From Candidatus Woesearchaeota archaeon (GTDB lineage Archaea; Nanobdellota; Nanobdellia; Woesearchaeales; JASKKU01): 42,974 bases of DNA. The position numbers and the translations under genes were made by a program. The stretch spans positions 1-42,974 of the forward strand of contig JASKKU010000004.1 of assembly GCA_030154045.1 (NCBI GenBank). Direction: 5' to 3'. Shown here piece after piece: positions 8,823-18,756 of the stretch (the first letter of the stretch is position 1; every line of letters starts with the position of its first letter). Below the pieces are notes generated by a model, which searched no databases, was not told the DNA's origin, and saw only the letters and a list, made by a program, of their open reading frames with translations.

Positions 8823-9785
8823 ATGATTTCATTAGGCATTGAAAGTACTGCTCATACTTTTGGAATAGGCATTGTTAATGAGAAGAAACAGGTTTTGGCG
8901 AATGTTAGAAACTCATATTCTAATCCTCAAGGCGGTATGATCCCTAACGAGCTGGCTGAACATCACATCTCAGTTTTTAAGCAAGTATTCAAAGAGGCTT
9001 TAGCAAGAGCATCAATAAAAGCAAAAGATATTGATATTATTTCATTTTCTCAAGGACCCGGAATAGGTCATGCTTTAAGAGTAGGTGCAGTGTTTGCAAG
9101 AAGTTTGGCTTTGCTTTTGGATAAACCTTTGATTGGCGTAAACCATTGTATAGCCCACTTGGAAATTGGAAAGATGCTGACTGAAGCAAAAGACCCTGTT
9201 CTATTGTATGTTTCAGGAGCAAATACTCAAATAATCGCCTTTGAATCTGGCAAGTATAGAATCTTCGGCGAAACATTAGATATGGGCTTGGGAAATTTCT
9301 TGGATACTTTTGCAAGAGAAGCAGGTATAGGTTTCCCAGGAGGACCTGTGATTGACAAACTTGCTCAAAAAGGTTCAAATTATATTGAACTGCCGTATGT
9401 TATTAAAGGGATGGATATCTCTTTAGGAGGCATTCTTACGAATCTTAAGTCAAAACTTAATAAGTATCCTTTAGAGGATTTGTGTTATTCTCTTCAGGAA
9501 ACGGTTTTTTCTATGATTTTAGAAGCAACAGAGAGGGCTATGGCGCATACGGGCAAGAACGAACTCTTGTTAGGTGGAGGGGTTGCTTGCAACAGGAGAT
9601 TACAAGAGATGGCAAGGATTATGGCTGAGGAAAGAAACGCGAAATGTTATGTCTTACCAAATGAGTTTAATGTAGATAATGGTGCTATGATTGCCTGGTT
9701 AGGTTTAGTAAACTATAAAAAAGGCAATCAATTAACTATTGAAGAAAGTAAAATTAAACCTTATTGGAGAACTGACGAGGTTTAG
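8823..9785 (+). CDS. kae1: t6A synthase Kae1 (KEOPS), not fused to Bud32
   Basis: LGIESTAHTFG, SQGPG, NHCIAHLE, LYVSGANTQ, GETLD, DNGAMIA, WRTDEV. Confidence 0.96.
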   Translation: MISLGIESTAHTFGIGIVNEKKQVLANVRNSYSNPQGGMIPNELAEHHISVFKQVFKEALARASIKAKDIDIISFSQGPGIGHALRVGAVFARSLALLLDKPLIGVNHCIAHLEIGKMLTEAKDPVLLYVSGANTQIIAFESGKYRIFGETLDMGLGNFLDTFAREAGIGFPGGPVIDKLAQKGSNYIELPYVIKGMDISLGGILTNLKSKLNKYPLEDLCYSLQETVFSMILEATERAMAHTGKNELLLGGGVACNRRLQEMARIMAEERNAKCYVLPNEFNVDNGAMIAWLGLVNYKKGNQLTIEESKIKPYWRTDEV

Positions 9786-9799
9786 TTTTTGTGATAAAA

Positions 9800-9970
9800 A
9801 TGGCCTTGAAATGCGAGATATGTAACTCAAAGATTGAGAGAACTTTTCTGGGAAAGATTTTGGGCACAGTCATAAAAGATGAAAGAGGTAAATTGCATTA
9901 TGTTTGCTCAAACTGTCAGGCTGCGTTCAATAACGATAAAGTTAAAATGCTAGAAGAAATTCAAAAATAG
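9800..9970 (+). CDS. 56-aa zinc-finger protein (not in ORF track)
   Basis: Hand translation MALKCEICNSKIERTFLGKILGTVIKDERGKLHYVCSNCQAAFNNDKVKMLEEIQK; GTGA-taaaa-ATG start context; fills the kae1-GT2 gap. Confidence 0.82.
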   Translation: MALKCEICNSKIERTFLGKILGTVIKDERGKLHYVCSNCQAAFNNDKVKMLEEIQK

Positions 9971-9980
9971 ATTGTAAAAA

Positions 9981-10673
9981 ATGAAAAGCAATAAAATCTT
10001 CATAGTTATCCCTGCATATAATGAACACAAAAGTTTGCCAAAGGTTCTCTCAGAATTGAAATCCGCAGGCTACAAAAACATTGTTCTGGTTGATGATGGT
10101 TCTTCTGATGATACATCCTTAATAGGAATAAAAAACAATGTCTATACTTTAAGGCATCCTGTTAACTTAGGCCAAGGCGCTGCTTTAAGAACAGGAATCC
10201 TGTTTGCTTTAAAACAAGGAGCAGACATTATCATTACCTTTGATGCTGACGGCCAACATCAAGTTTCAGATATAAAGAATTTGGTTAAACCTATAATTGA
10301 AGGCAAAGCTGAGGTTGTATTAGGTTCAAGATTTTGCAAAGGCTCAAGGGTTGAAAATATCCCTTTATCTAGAAAAATATTGCTTAAACTAGCAGTCCTG
10401 TTTACAAGAGTTATGTCCAATATTAAAGTTACAGACACGCATAATGGTCTAAGAGCGCTTTCAAGAAGAGCTGCTGAAAAAATAAATATTACCATAAACG
10501 GAATGGCGCACGCCTCAGAGATCTTAGATGAGGTCTCAAAACATAACCTCTCTTTTGTAGAAGTTCCGGTTACCATAAAGTATACAGAATATTCATTAAA
10601 GAAAGGTCAATCAAAGCTTAACGCTTTTAGGATTGCTTTTAGATTTATTATAAAAAAACTATTAGATTGGTGA
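9981..10673 (+). CDS. GT2 glycosyltransferase, dolichol-phosphate-mannose synthase-like
   Basis: VIPAYNE, VDDGSSD, NLGQGAAL, FDADGQH, VLGSRF, TDTHNGLR. Confidence 0.93.
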   Translation: MKSNKIFIVIPAYNEHKSLPKVLSELKSAGYKNIVLVDDGSSDDTSLIGIKNNVYTLRHPVNLGQGAALRTGILFALKQGADIIITFDADGQHQVSDIKNLVKPIIEGKAEVVLGSRFCKGSRVENIPLSRKILLKLAVLFTRVMSNIKVTDTHNGLRALSRRAAEKINITINGMAHASEILDEVSKHNLSFVEVPVTIKYTEYSLKKGQSKLNAFRIAFRFIIKKLLDW

Positions 10674-10677
10674 AAAC

Positions 10678-11034
10678 ATGAACCTGTTTCAGATTATACT
10701 GATATTTTTTGGATTGTCTTTAATGCTTCTTTCAAGCATGCTTTACTCCTACAGGAAAATCTCTAAAGGCTTTTTGGTTACTCTTGTTTTTTCATCTTTA
10801 ATTTTAATTATTGTTGCTCTTTTTCCGGACTTCACCTTTGTTCTATCTAAAATCTTGGGAGTAAGCCGTGGCGCTGACGCAGTTGTTTATTTAGCAATAC
10901 TTTTCCTATTTTTAATGTTAGTTAGAACAAACATTAAAATAATGGAACTTGAACTTAAACTTACTAAATTAGTGCGTAACTTGGCCATAGAAAACGCAAA
11001 GTTTCCTAAGAAAAATAAAAAAAGGAGCAAATAA
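10678..11034 (+). CDS. DUF2304 family membrane protein (usual GT2 partner)
   Basis: Three TM segments, LGVSRGAD motif, C-terminal LTKLVRNLAI. Confidence 0.85.
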   Translation: MNLFQIILIFFGLSLMLLSSMLYSYRKISKGFLVTLVFSSLILIIVALFPDFTFVLSKILGVSRGADAVVYLAILFLFLMLVRTNIKIMELELKLTKLVRNLAIENAKFPKKNKKRSK

Positions 11035-11036
11035 GT

Positions 11037-12392
11037 TTATCTTCTCTTTCTTTTTCTTCTATAACTCTTATTTTTAGTTGTTGTCAATAACTTTACTTCA
11101 GCATAGATTAATGCAAGAATTACAATAATAATTCCAAGAACGATAATGTGCTTTAATGAACTCTTTGATAATAAACTCTCTTTCTTATAAACTGGGATAC
11201 TGATATTGAGAGTTTTCTGTGTAGATATTAATGGTTTTATGTTTTCGGTTACAATTTTATTTGAGCCATTTAGTATAATATATTCAACAGTTGCATTGTC
11301 CTTATAGATTGCATTGCCTTTTAACAACTCTTTTTTGATAGACACATTAATTTTAGAATCCTCAATTAAACTTTTGCTTTTGTTAACTTCTTGAAAATCA
11401 GCAAAAACACTCCCGCTTGTTTGTATTAAAAACAAGTATTTTTTTATGTTCTCAATTGAACCAACCGTTATATTGATGTTGCTTGAATTCTTTATTAAGT
11501 AAGCAATATCTGAAGTGAATATTGAATTTTTATCAAAGAACAAATCTATTCCATTATTGCAAAATACACCAACTTGTGATTTATTTATTAAATTCTGATA
11601 AAATAAGCCTTTGTTTAATGAAGTTATAGATATGCCTTGGGTCGTATTTTCAAGGATGTTGTTTAAAAATTCAGCTTGATTATTTTTTAGAATCTCAATT
11701 CCTAAAAGTGAATTCTTAATTAAATTTTCTTTAATTGTAGGAACATAATTCTTTTCTAATCTAATGGCAGAACCACTACAATGCGCAAAAGTATTTCCCT
11801 CTATATTTAAGTAATAACCTATGTTTGAATCTATGCAATGACTAAAGTTTGTAGATATATAATTTTTTTCCAGTTTTAAACTAACAACATTCTCAGAAAT
11901 AACAGCTCTTTGTTGTGCTTCGATTTTGGATTTGATTATGTATATTCTTGAAGACGAGAGTACAGAAATGCCTTCAAGAACTCCTTTTATATAGCATGAA
12001 CTTATGCTTACATCTTGCGAGTTTTTTATTTTTATACCCATATAACCATCCTTTATAATTACATTTTTTATTGTGATGTTCCTCAGATTGTTGGTCGAAT
12101 TACCATTTACTAATATCGCTTTTTCACCTTTCTCAAAGAATCCATAGATTGTGTTCATTCTTCCATCTATAAGAACATTACTTGTATTGATTTCTAAACA
12201 TATTTTTTCCTTAGGGTCAACAGTCATGCTTTGGTTTAAGATATATATCCCTGGTTTTGTTATTTTTGTACATTCGCTTAGATACGTAACCTTACTAGGA
12301 GTTGCAATTACAAAGTCTATTGAGATTAAAGAGTTTAAAAGGAGAATCAAAAACCCAATAAAAATCCAAAAATTATTTTTAGTTCTTAGCAT
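11037..12392 (-). CDS. Secreted, C-terminally anchored right-handed beta-helix (NosD/CASH-like) protein
   Basis: Signal peptide, CTKITKPGIYILN, repeated GI-x-I...N-x-I turns, C-terminal TM followed by RRKRKRR. Confidence 0.8.
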   Translation of the reverse strand: MLRTKNNFWIFIGFLILLLNSLISIDFVIATPSKVTYLSECTKITKPGIYILNQSMTVDPKEKICLEINTSNVLIDGRMNTIYGFFEKGEKAILVNGNSTNNLRNITIKNVIIKDGYMGIKIKNSQDVSISSCYIKGVLEGISVLSSSRIYIIKSKIEAQQRAVISENVVSLKLEKNYISTNFSHCIDSNIGYYLNIEGNTFAHCSGSAIRLEKNYVPTIKENLIKNSLLGIEILKNNQAEFLNNILENTTQGISITSLNKGLFYQNLINKSQVGVFCNNGIDLFFDKNSIFTSDIAYLIKNSSNINITVGSIENIKKYLFLIQTSGSVFADFQEVNKSKSLIEDSKINVSIKKELLKGNAIYKDNATVEYIILNGSNKIVTENIKPLISTQKTLNISIPVYKKESLLSKSSLKHIIVLGIIIVILALIYAEVKLLTTTKNKSYRRKRKRR

Positions 12393-12493
12393 GGTCTTAC
12401 TTTAGAAACTTTTGTTTAAAAATTTTGCCACAAAGACTTACTAAAACTAATAATGAAAAAATTTTATAAACTCTTATTTTAAATTAAGATTTA

Positions 12494-13525
12494 ATGGATG
12501 TAAAAATATCTAAGGATAGAAATATTATAGTAATCTTAATTTTGTTGTCAATATTTGCGTTAATAATTATTTCTCCGATTTTCAAACAAATTCTGTCTTC
12601 AATTATCTTAACAATAGTAATTTACCCAATTTATTCGGCAATAAAGAAACGATTAAAATCGAGCTGGATATCTGCCTTGATAGTTGTTTTAATATTGATT
12701 TTATTAAGCGCACTTTCTATTTTTGCAATTAGCCGTTCTTTACTTACAGAGACTTATAATTTATTCTATTCTAAAGATTTTGATTTAAGCGGTTATCTCT
12801 CAGGTTCAAAGTTAGAGAGCTTGCCTTTTTATTCTCAACTTGTGGAAAGTTCTCAATCCATAAAAGCAATAATTCTCTCAAAGATAACTGATCTGGTAAC
12901 GAGCATTCCTAGTTTGATATTTAATTATATTATTGTTTTGGCAATAACCTTCTTTTTGTTGATTGATGGAGTGAAAGGTATAAAATCCATTGCAAACTTA
13001 AAGTTAATTCGTAAAAAGCATTATAACTTCTTCATGGAAGAGATTATTAAGATAACTTATGGAATTGTTTATGGCCAAATCTTAGTTGCAATAGTCCAAG
13101 GTTTTGTTGGCGGTTTAGGTATCTTTACAGGCTCTAAATTGTTTGGAATTTCAAACGCTTCTCCGATTATTTGGGGTAGTTTAATGGCGCTTTCAGCATT
13201 GATTCCAATCTTTGGGACTGGATTAATTTGGGGACCATTATCTTTCTTTAGGATTTATCAAGGCTTCTTGCTAGGTGATAGAAGCTTAATCTTTTATGGT
13301 ATCTTTATTTTATTATGGGGCGCAATCTTTGTAGCAAACATTGATGGTGTAATTAGGCCATTCTTTGTAAGTTCTAGGATAAAAGTGCATCCCTTGATAG
13401 TTCTTATTGGAGCAATTGGTGGTCTGATGAAATTAGGGTTTATTGGTGTTTTTGTCGGTCCTTTAATCTTGGGATTGCTAATAAAATCAATAGACTTGTT
13501 TTTTATACCTGAACAAAGAAAATAA
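12494..13525 (+). CDS. AI-2E (PerM) family membrane transporter
   Basis: Multi-TM; ALIPIFGTGLIWGP, NIDGVIRP, VHPLIVLIGAIGG...GFIGVFVGP. Confidence 0.92.
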   Translation: MDVKISKDRNIIVILILLSIFALIIISPIFKQILSSIILTIVIYPIYSAIKKRLKSSWISALIVVLILILLSALSIFAISRSLLTETYNLFYSKDFDLSGYLSGSKLESLPFYSQLVESSQSIKAIILSKITDLVTSIPSLIFNYIIVLAITFFLLIDGVKGIKSIANLKLIRKKHYNFFMEEIIKITYGIVYGQILVAIVQGFVGGLGIFTGSKLFGISNASPIIWGSLMALSALIPIFGTGLIWGPLSFFRIYQGFLLGDRSLIFYGIFILLWGAIFVANIDGVIRPFFVSSRIKVHPLIVLIGAIGGLMKLGFIGVFVGPLILGLLIKSIDLFFIPEQRK

Positions 13526-13538
13526 AAGAGGTGATTCT

Positions 13539-15026
13539 GTGAAGTTAAAGCCAAAGTACATACAAATTTCTTCTGGAGGACCGCTTGTAGCGATACTGAA
13601 TCTAAAAGATTGTGAAGAAAATGACATTCATAGAGGCGATAGGATTCAAATTTCTTCACGTTCAAAATCTACTGTTGCAATAGTTGATACCACTTTGGAT
13701 AACGATTTTATTGCACAAGGAGAAATTGGTTTTACTTACGAGCTGTCAAAGAAAATAAGTACAAAAGCAACGGTTTCTGTTCAGCCAATCGGAAAACCCT
13801 ATTCTTTAAACTATATCAAGAAAAAACTTGATGGCTATGAATTAAATGATAAAGAAATCTTCCAAATAATTAAGGATATTGTTGATAACAAGCTTAGCGA
13901 GGTAGAAATAGCTTACTTTGCTGCTGCAGGTTATGTCAGAAAGTTTACTTTTAAAGAAACTGTGGCTTTAACAGAGGCAATGGTGAATACAGGTTCAATC
14001 CTTAAACTTGATTCCAAGATTGTTTTAGATAAGCATTGCATAGGCGGAGTTGCCGGGAATAGAACAACTATGTTAGTTGTGCCTATATTAGCATCTCTAG
14101 GATTTACTATCCCAAAGACTTCCTCAAGAAGCATAACAAGTCCTGCAGGTACTGCTGATACAATGGAGGTTTTGGCTAATGTTGCTTTAGATTTAAAAGA
14201 TGTTAAACGTGTAGTAAAGAAGACTAATGGTTGTATTGCTTGGGGTGGGGCTTTATCCTTGGCGCCTGCTGACGATGCAATTATTAGGGTTGAACATCCT
14301 CTAGCAATCGATGCAGTTGGTCAGATGATTGCTAGTGTTTTAGCTAAGAAGAAATCTGTTTCAAGCACTCATGTTTTAATTGATATCCCTTATGGTAGAG
14401 GTTCAAAAGTTGATAATTTGAAAAAGGCAAAAAAGCTTGGGGACCTTTTTATTGCAGTGGGCAAAAAAATCGGATTAAAAATCAAGGTAGTTTTTACAAA
14501 TGGCAAAGAACCGATAGGTAATGGTATTGGTCCTGCTCTAGAAGCTCGAGATGTACTGTATGTGCTTACAAATCATGAGAAACAACCTTTAGACTTAAGG
14601 GAAAAGGCTTTAATGCTTGCAGGCGAGCTCATTGAGCTGGCCACTAAGAGAAAGAACGGTTATTCTTTAGCAAAGAAAGCTCTTGATTCAGGACTTGCTT
14701 ATAAAAAGATGGTTGAAATCATCAAAGCACAGGGAAAAAAGGTCACAAAACCAGAAGAGATTGGATTATCACAGCATTATTTTGATGTCAAATCCGACAA
14801 ATCAGGAGTTATCAAATACCTAAATAACAGACTCATTTCAGATATTGCTTTAATTGCAGGAGCTCCAAAGGACAAACTTGCAGGAGTTTATTTATACAAG
14901 CATACAAAACATCAAATCAAGAAAGGGGAAACTTTATTTAGAGTGTATGCTGAGAATAAAGATAAACTTAACTTTGCGAAAGAATTTTATAGGAGAAATA
15001 AAAATAAATTCTTTGAGTTAAAATGA
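13539..15026 (+). CDS. deoA: AMP phosphorylase (thymidine phosphorylase family)
   Basis: DKHCIGGVAGNRTT, PKTSSRSITSPAGTAD, extra N-terminal domain; GTG start after GAGGTGA. Confidence 0.92.
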   Translation: MKLKPKYIQISSGGPLVAILNLKDCEENDIHRGDRIQISSRSKSTVAIVDTTLDNDFIAQGEIGFTYELSKKISTKATVSVQPIGKPYSLNYIKKKLDGYELNDKEIFQIIKDIVDNKLSEVEIAYFAAAGYVRKFTFKETVALTEAMVNTGSILKLDSKIVLDKHCIGGVAGNRTTMLVVPILASLGFTIPKTSSRSITSPAGTADTMEVLANVALDLKDVKRVVKKTNGCIAWGGALSLAPADDAIIRVEHPLAIDAVGQMIASVLAKKKSVSSTHVLIDIPYGRGSKVDNLKKAKKLGDLFIAVGKKIGLKIKVVFTNGKEPIGNGIGPALEARDVLYVLTNHEKQPLDLREKALMLAGELIELATKRKNGYSLAKKALDSGLAYKKMVEIIKAQGKKVTKPEEIGLSQHYFDVKSDKSGVIKYLNNRLISDIALIAGAPKDKLAGVYLYKHTKHQIKKGETLFRVYAENKDKLNFAKEFYRRNKNKFFELK

Positions 15027-15823
15027 ACAGAAAAATTTTGATGTTTTTGATATTTTCTTTAACTTTGTTAGTTTTAACTTCCTGCGTTTCAAAAGAAAAT
15101 GCTTCATCTTCAAATGAAAGCCCCATTAAAGTTTTTGTTAACGAATCTTTAAATACCTTAACTAACTCTTCAAAAGAATCTGAGAATCATGAGTTAGAGA
15201 ACACTACTGAGCCAAAAGTTGAGTTCTGCAATAAAACAATTGTAAAGAATATTACAAGGATTATAGAAAAACGCATTAACATTACGACTTGTAATGTTTC
15301 TGATTATAATTTTTCAATTTCTGCAACATATGGGAAATGGTTGAAAGAGCAAGAGCTTTACACAAATGATTTTAAATGGTATTATGTCAAGAATATTAAT
15401 GTATACAACCCTTATGATAAAATCGTTGTGCTTGAGCTTTGTTTGCATTTTTACAAACACATCTGGTTAAACTACTCAAAAGAGGTTCAAGACCCAATCT
15501 GTTTTACACGGGACATTTATCCAAGAAGCTCTACAGGCACATCGTATAAATGGTATATTGATAAAGATGAGGACTTATTCTATAACCTATCAATTGAAAA
15601 AATTTTAGACTTTAACGAGTCTGTAAATTATTTTGAAGAGAAAACCAAGAGACAAACTTCTGATGGAGTTCCTTTGATTTTAAGCAAGGAAATATTAAGC
15701 AAGATAGGCGGTTGTTTTATTAACAAAACAAAAGTGGTTCTTGAGAATATAACTGTTCAAGAAAAAGAGAACATAACTGTGCCCTGCTCTGAATTGGAAA
15801 ACCAGACTTCTAATAATTCTTAA
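15023..15823 (+). CDS. Putative lipoprotein with multiple N-glycosylation sequons
   Basis: MNRK + hydrophobic stretch + LTSC lipobox-like site; many N-x-S/T; ATGA overlap with AMP phosphorylase. Confidence 0.7.
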   Translation: MNRKILMFLIFSLTLLVLTSCVSKENASSSNESPIKVFVNESLNTLTNSSKESENHELENTTEPKVEFCNKTIVKNITRIIEKRINITTCNVSDYNFSISATYGKWLKEQELYTNDFKWYYVKNINVYNPYDKIVVLELCLHFYKHIWLNYSKEVQDPICFTRDIYPRSSTGTSYKWYIDKDEDLFYNLSIEKILDFNESVNYFEEKTKRQTSDGVPLILSKEILSKIGGCFINKTKVVLENITVQEKENITVPCSELENQTSNNS

Positions 15824-15896
15824 TTTTTTCTTAATGTTTTTTCTTAATTTTTGTTAAACACAACATTTTTAAAATCCCGTTCTGCCTTAATCTTAC

Positions 15897-17246
15897 ATGG
15901 TTTTGGATAAGCTTGGAGAATCTTTACGTAATGCCGTATCTAAGATAAAGAATGCCATCTTTGTTGATGAAAAACTTCTGAACACGATTATCAAAGAACT
16001 GCAGAGAGCCTTAATCCAAGCAGATGTTAATGTTAAGCTTGTTTTTGATTTATCTAATAATATAAAAAAGAGGTTTAAGGAAGAGAAGCCTATTCCTGGA
16101 TTGTCCCAAAAAGATTTGGTTATAAAAATTCTTTATGAAGAATTAGCTAACCTTTTAGGCGGAGAATTAAAACCTATCGAAGTTATCCAAAAACCATTTA
16201 AGATTTTTCTTGTTGGCTTGTTTGGTTCAGGTAAAACAACTACTGCTGGAAAGTTGGCAAACTACTTTGCAAAAAGAGGTTACAAAATTGCATTAGTACA
16301 GACAGATACGTGGAGGCCTGCAGCTTACGAGCAATTAAAACAGCTTGGTGAAAGGATAAAAGTCCCAGTTTTTGGCGACCCCACCGAGAAAGACCCGCTA
16401 AAAATCTATAAGAAATTTGAGAAAGAACTTAATGATTTTGATATAGTTATCATAGATACTGCTGGCAGAGACGCTTTGAGTGATGATTTGATTGAGGAAT
16501 TGAACACTTTATACAATTATGTTAAACCGCAGGAGGTTCTTTTGGTACTAAGCTCAGACATAGGCCAAACTGCTGAAAAACAAGCTACCAAATTCCATGA
16601 GGCGGCTCATATTACTGGCGTAATTATTACAAAGCTTGACGGTACTGCTAAAGGAGGCGGAGCTCTTACAGCTTGTTCTATAACAAATGCAAAGGTTAAG
16701 TTTATTGGTACCGGAGAAAAGATAAATGATTTTGAGCCGTTTGATCCTAAAGGTTTCGTTGGCCGATTACTTGGTTTAGGTGATCTTAATGCTTTGCTTG
16801 AGAAAGCCAAAGAAGCAATTGATGAAGAAGAAGCAAAAGACCTTGGCGAGAAATTTTTGAAAGGAGAATTTAATCTAATTGATTTGTATAAACAGATAGA
16901 GTCTGTTAAAAAGATGGGTCCTTTAACAAAGGTATTGAGTTTAGTTCCTGGATTTGGTTCTTTGAATGTTCCAAAAGAAATGCTGGAAATGCAGGATGCT
17001 AAGTTGGACAAGTGGAGACACATTTTTAATTCAATGACAAAAGAAGAGTTGGAGGATCCTAGTATAATTGACCTGTCAAGAATGGAACGAATTGCAAAAG
17101 GTGCAGGTGTTCCTGTTTCTGAAGTTAGGGACATATTGAAGTATTACAAACAGTCTAAAAAGGTTATCAAGTTATTCAAAGGTAAGAATCCTAAACAGCT
17201 TGAGAAGATGGCTAAAAAGTTAGGTGTAGGAAACCTTAACCTTTGA
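15897..17246 (+). CDS. srp54: Signal recognition particle protein SRP54
   Basis: ADVNV, GSGKTTT, DTWRPAA, DTAGR, TKLDGTAKGGGAL, M domain SMTKEE. Confidence 0.97.
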   Translation: MVLDKLGESLRNAVSKIKNAIFVDEKLLNTIIKELQRALIQADVNVKLVFDLSNNIKKRFKEEKPIPGLSQKDLVIKILYEELANLLGGELKPIEVIQKPFKIFLVGLFGSGKTTTAGKLANYFAKRGYKIALVQTDTWRPAAYEQLKQLGERIKVPVFGDPTEKDPLKIYKKFEKELNDFDIVIIDTAGRDALSDDLIEELNTLYNYVKPQEVLLVLSSDIGQTAEKQATKFHEAAHITGVIITKLDGTAKGGGALTACSITNAKVKFIGTGEKINDFEPFDPKGFVGRLLGLGDLNALLEKAKEAIDEEEAKDLGEKFLKGEFNLIDLYKQIESVKKMGPLTKVLSLVPGFGSLNVPKEMLEMQDAKLDKWRHIFNSMTKEELEDPSIIDLSRMERIAKGAGVPVSEVRDILKYYKQSKKVIKLFKGKNPKQLEKMAKKLGVGNLNL

Positions 17247-17302
17247 GCCATTGGACATCTTCTGGCATTTGGTTTTTAAAAGTTCTAAACTTAACTATTC
17301 TT

Positions 17303-18025
17303 ATGATTGAAAAAACCTTTGTTTTTTTAAAAGGTATTTCTTATAAAACTGAGCGAAAGCTATGGTCAAAAGGTATTCTTTCTTGGCAACAGTTTATTAA
17401 CTCTGATATCAAACTTAAACATAAAGAAGAATACGATTTACAGCTTAGACAAGCGTTAAAGAATCTACATTTAGAAAATTCACGATACTTTGCAAATCTC
17501 CTTCGTTTAAAAGATAACTGGCGCTTGTATGATTACTTTAAGCAAGACTCTATTTTTCTCGACATTGAAGTTGTTGGCCGAAAGATAGTTCTAATTGGCA
17601 TTTATGATAACTTTGATTACTACCCTTTTGTTTTGGGATATAATTTTGATTTAGCTTTGATAAGGTCTATGTTATCAAAGGCAAAATTGTTAGTTACTTT
17701 TAACGGAGCATCTTTTGATATTCCAAGATTATCCCAAGTCTTATCATTAAATCTTAAAGAACTGCCGATTTTTGACATAAGGTTTACACTGCTATCTTTT
17801 GGTCTAAAAGGAACTTTAAAAGAAATTGAAGAGAAATTAAACATCTCACGAAATAAAAATGTTAAATCAGTGGATGTTCATTATTTATGGAACAACTTTA
17901 TCTATAATAAAGATAAAGAAGCTTTAAAAAGACTAATCTCTTATAATTTCGAGGACACCTATAATCTAAAACTTCTTGCTGAGAAAACCTACACCTTATT
18001 GGAAGATAAAACTCTTAATTCTTAA
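17303..18025 (+). CDS. YprB-like RNase H-fold (DEDD) exonuclease
   Basis: FLDIE, VTFNGASFDIP, LKEIE, YNFED; ATG 17303 lies ~30 nt after a TTTTTAAA box (ORF track uses TTG 17243). Confidence 0.85.
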   Translation: MIEKTFVFLKGISYKTERKLWSKGILSWQQFINSDIKLKHKEEYDLQLRQALKNLHLENSRYFANLLRLKDNWRLYDYFKQDSIFLDIEVVGRKIVLIGIYDNFDYYPFVLGYNFDLALIRSMLSKAKLLVTFNGASFDIPRLSQVLSLNLKELPIFDIRFTLLSFGLKGTLKEIEEKLNISRNKNVKSVDVHYLWNNFIYNKDKEALKRLISYNFEDTYNLKLLAEKTYTLLEDKTLNS

Positions 18026-18051
18026 TTAACGAAAGCTTTAAATAAGTTAAA

Positions 18052-18090
18052 GTTAAATAATTCTAACAAAATGTTAAATATTTTTAACAT
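18052..18090. promoter_or_regulatory. Tandem palindromic operators GTTA-N8-TAAC, probable Xre repressor sites
   Basis: GTTAaataattcTAAC at 18052-18067 and ATGTTAAA-tatt-TTTAACAT at 18071-18090, 21 bp apart, between the TATA box (ctttaaata 18036) and the GGTGA SD. Confidence 0.75.
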
Positions 18091-18100
18091 AGGTGAGATT

Positions 18101-18469
18101 ATGACAAGGAATCAATTTGTTATTCTTAATATGATTATTTCAGGTTCTTTGGGTGCGGTCGTTGGTTATGCAGTATCTTCAGGAAACTTTTTGCTATCCT
18201 TTATTGCAGTTGTTGTTGCATTGTTTTTAGTTGTTTACTTAAGAAAAAAAACTAATTTAATTATCTTTGATGAAAGGGTTTTTAGAGTTTCTGAAAAGGC
18301 CTCTCGGAAAACTTTAAACTTGTTTTTGGTTATTAGTTCGATTGTTGGACTTCTCTTAATAACCAAGGACAAAAACAATGTTATTGGTTATACTCTTCTG
18401 TATTCGGTTTGTTTTTTGTTGATTCTTTATTTGATTTTATACGCTTTCTATAACACCAGGAAATTATGA
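18101..18469 (+). CDS. DUF2178 family membrane protein
   Basis: Four TM segments, DER...EKASR.T motif; GGTGA SD before ATG 18101; coupled to HTH gene. Confidence 0.82.
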   Translation: MTRNQFVILNMIISGSLGAVVGYAVSSGNFLLSFIAVVVALFLVVYLRKKTNLIIFDERVFRVSEKASRKTLNLFLVISSIVGLLLITKDKNNVIGYTLLYSVCFLLILYLILYAFYNTRKL

Positions 18470-18756
18470 AAACCAGAATAAAAGAATACAGGGCGAAGTA
18501 TGATTTAACTCAGGAGGATTTGGCTAAAATCGTAGGGGTTAGAAGAGAAACTATTGTTTTTCTAGAGAAGGGCCGCTATAATCCATCTCTTATGTTAGCA
18601 TACAAAATTGCTAAGGCATTAAATGCAAGAATTGAGGATTTGTTCATGTTTGAAGATGAGTTACAAAATGCTGTCGGAGATAGTAAAAAATATAAACCTA
18701 CATACTCAGATAATAACAAAAAAAACGCTGGGCTAAATGAATTTTTCAAGTATTAA
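18466..18756 (+). CDS. Xre-family helix-turn-helix transcriptional regulator
   Basis: [38 protein letters not shown]. Confidence 0.93.
   Translation: MKTRIKEYRAKYDLTQEDLAKIVGVRRETIVFLEKGRYNPSLMLAYKIAKALNARIEDLFMFEDELQNAVGDSKKYKPTYSDNNKKNAGLNEFFKY

Noticed and set aside
16607-17134. 175-aa antisense ORF in srp54, and similar antisense ORFs across the window
   Set aside because: Antisense mirrors of well-supported genes with Ser/Phe/Leu-biased composition
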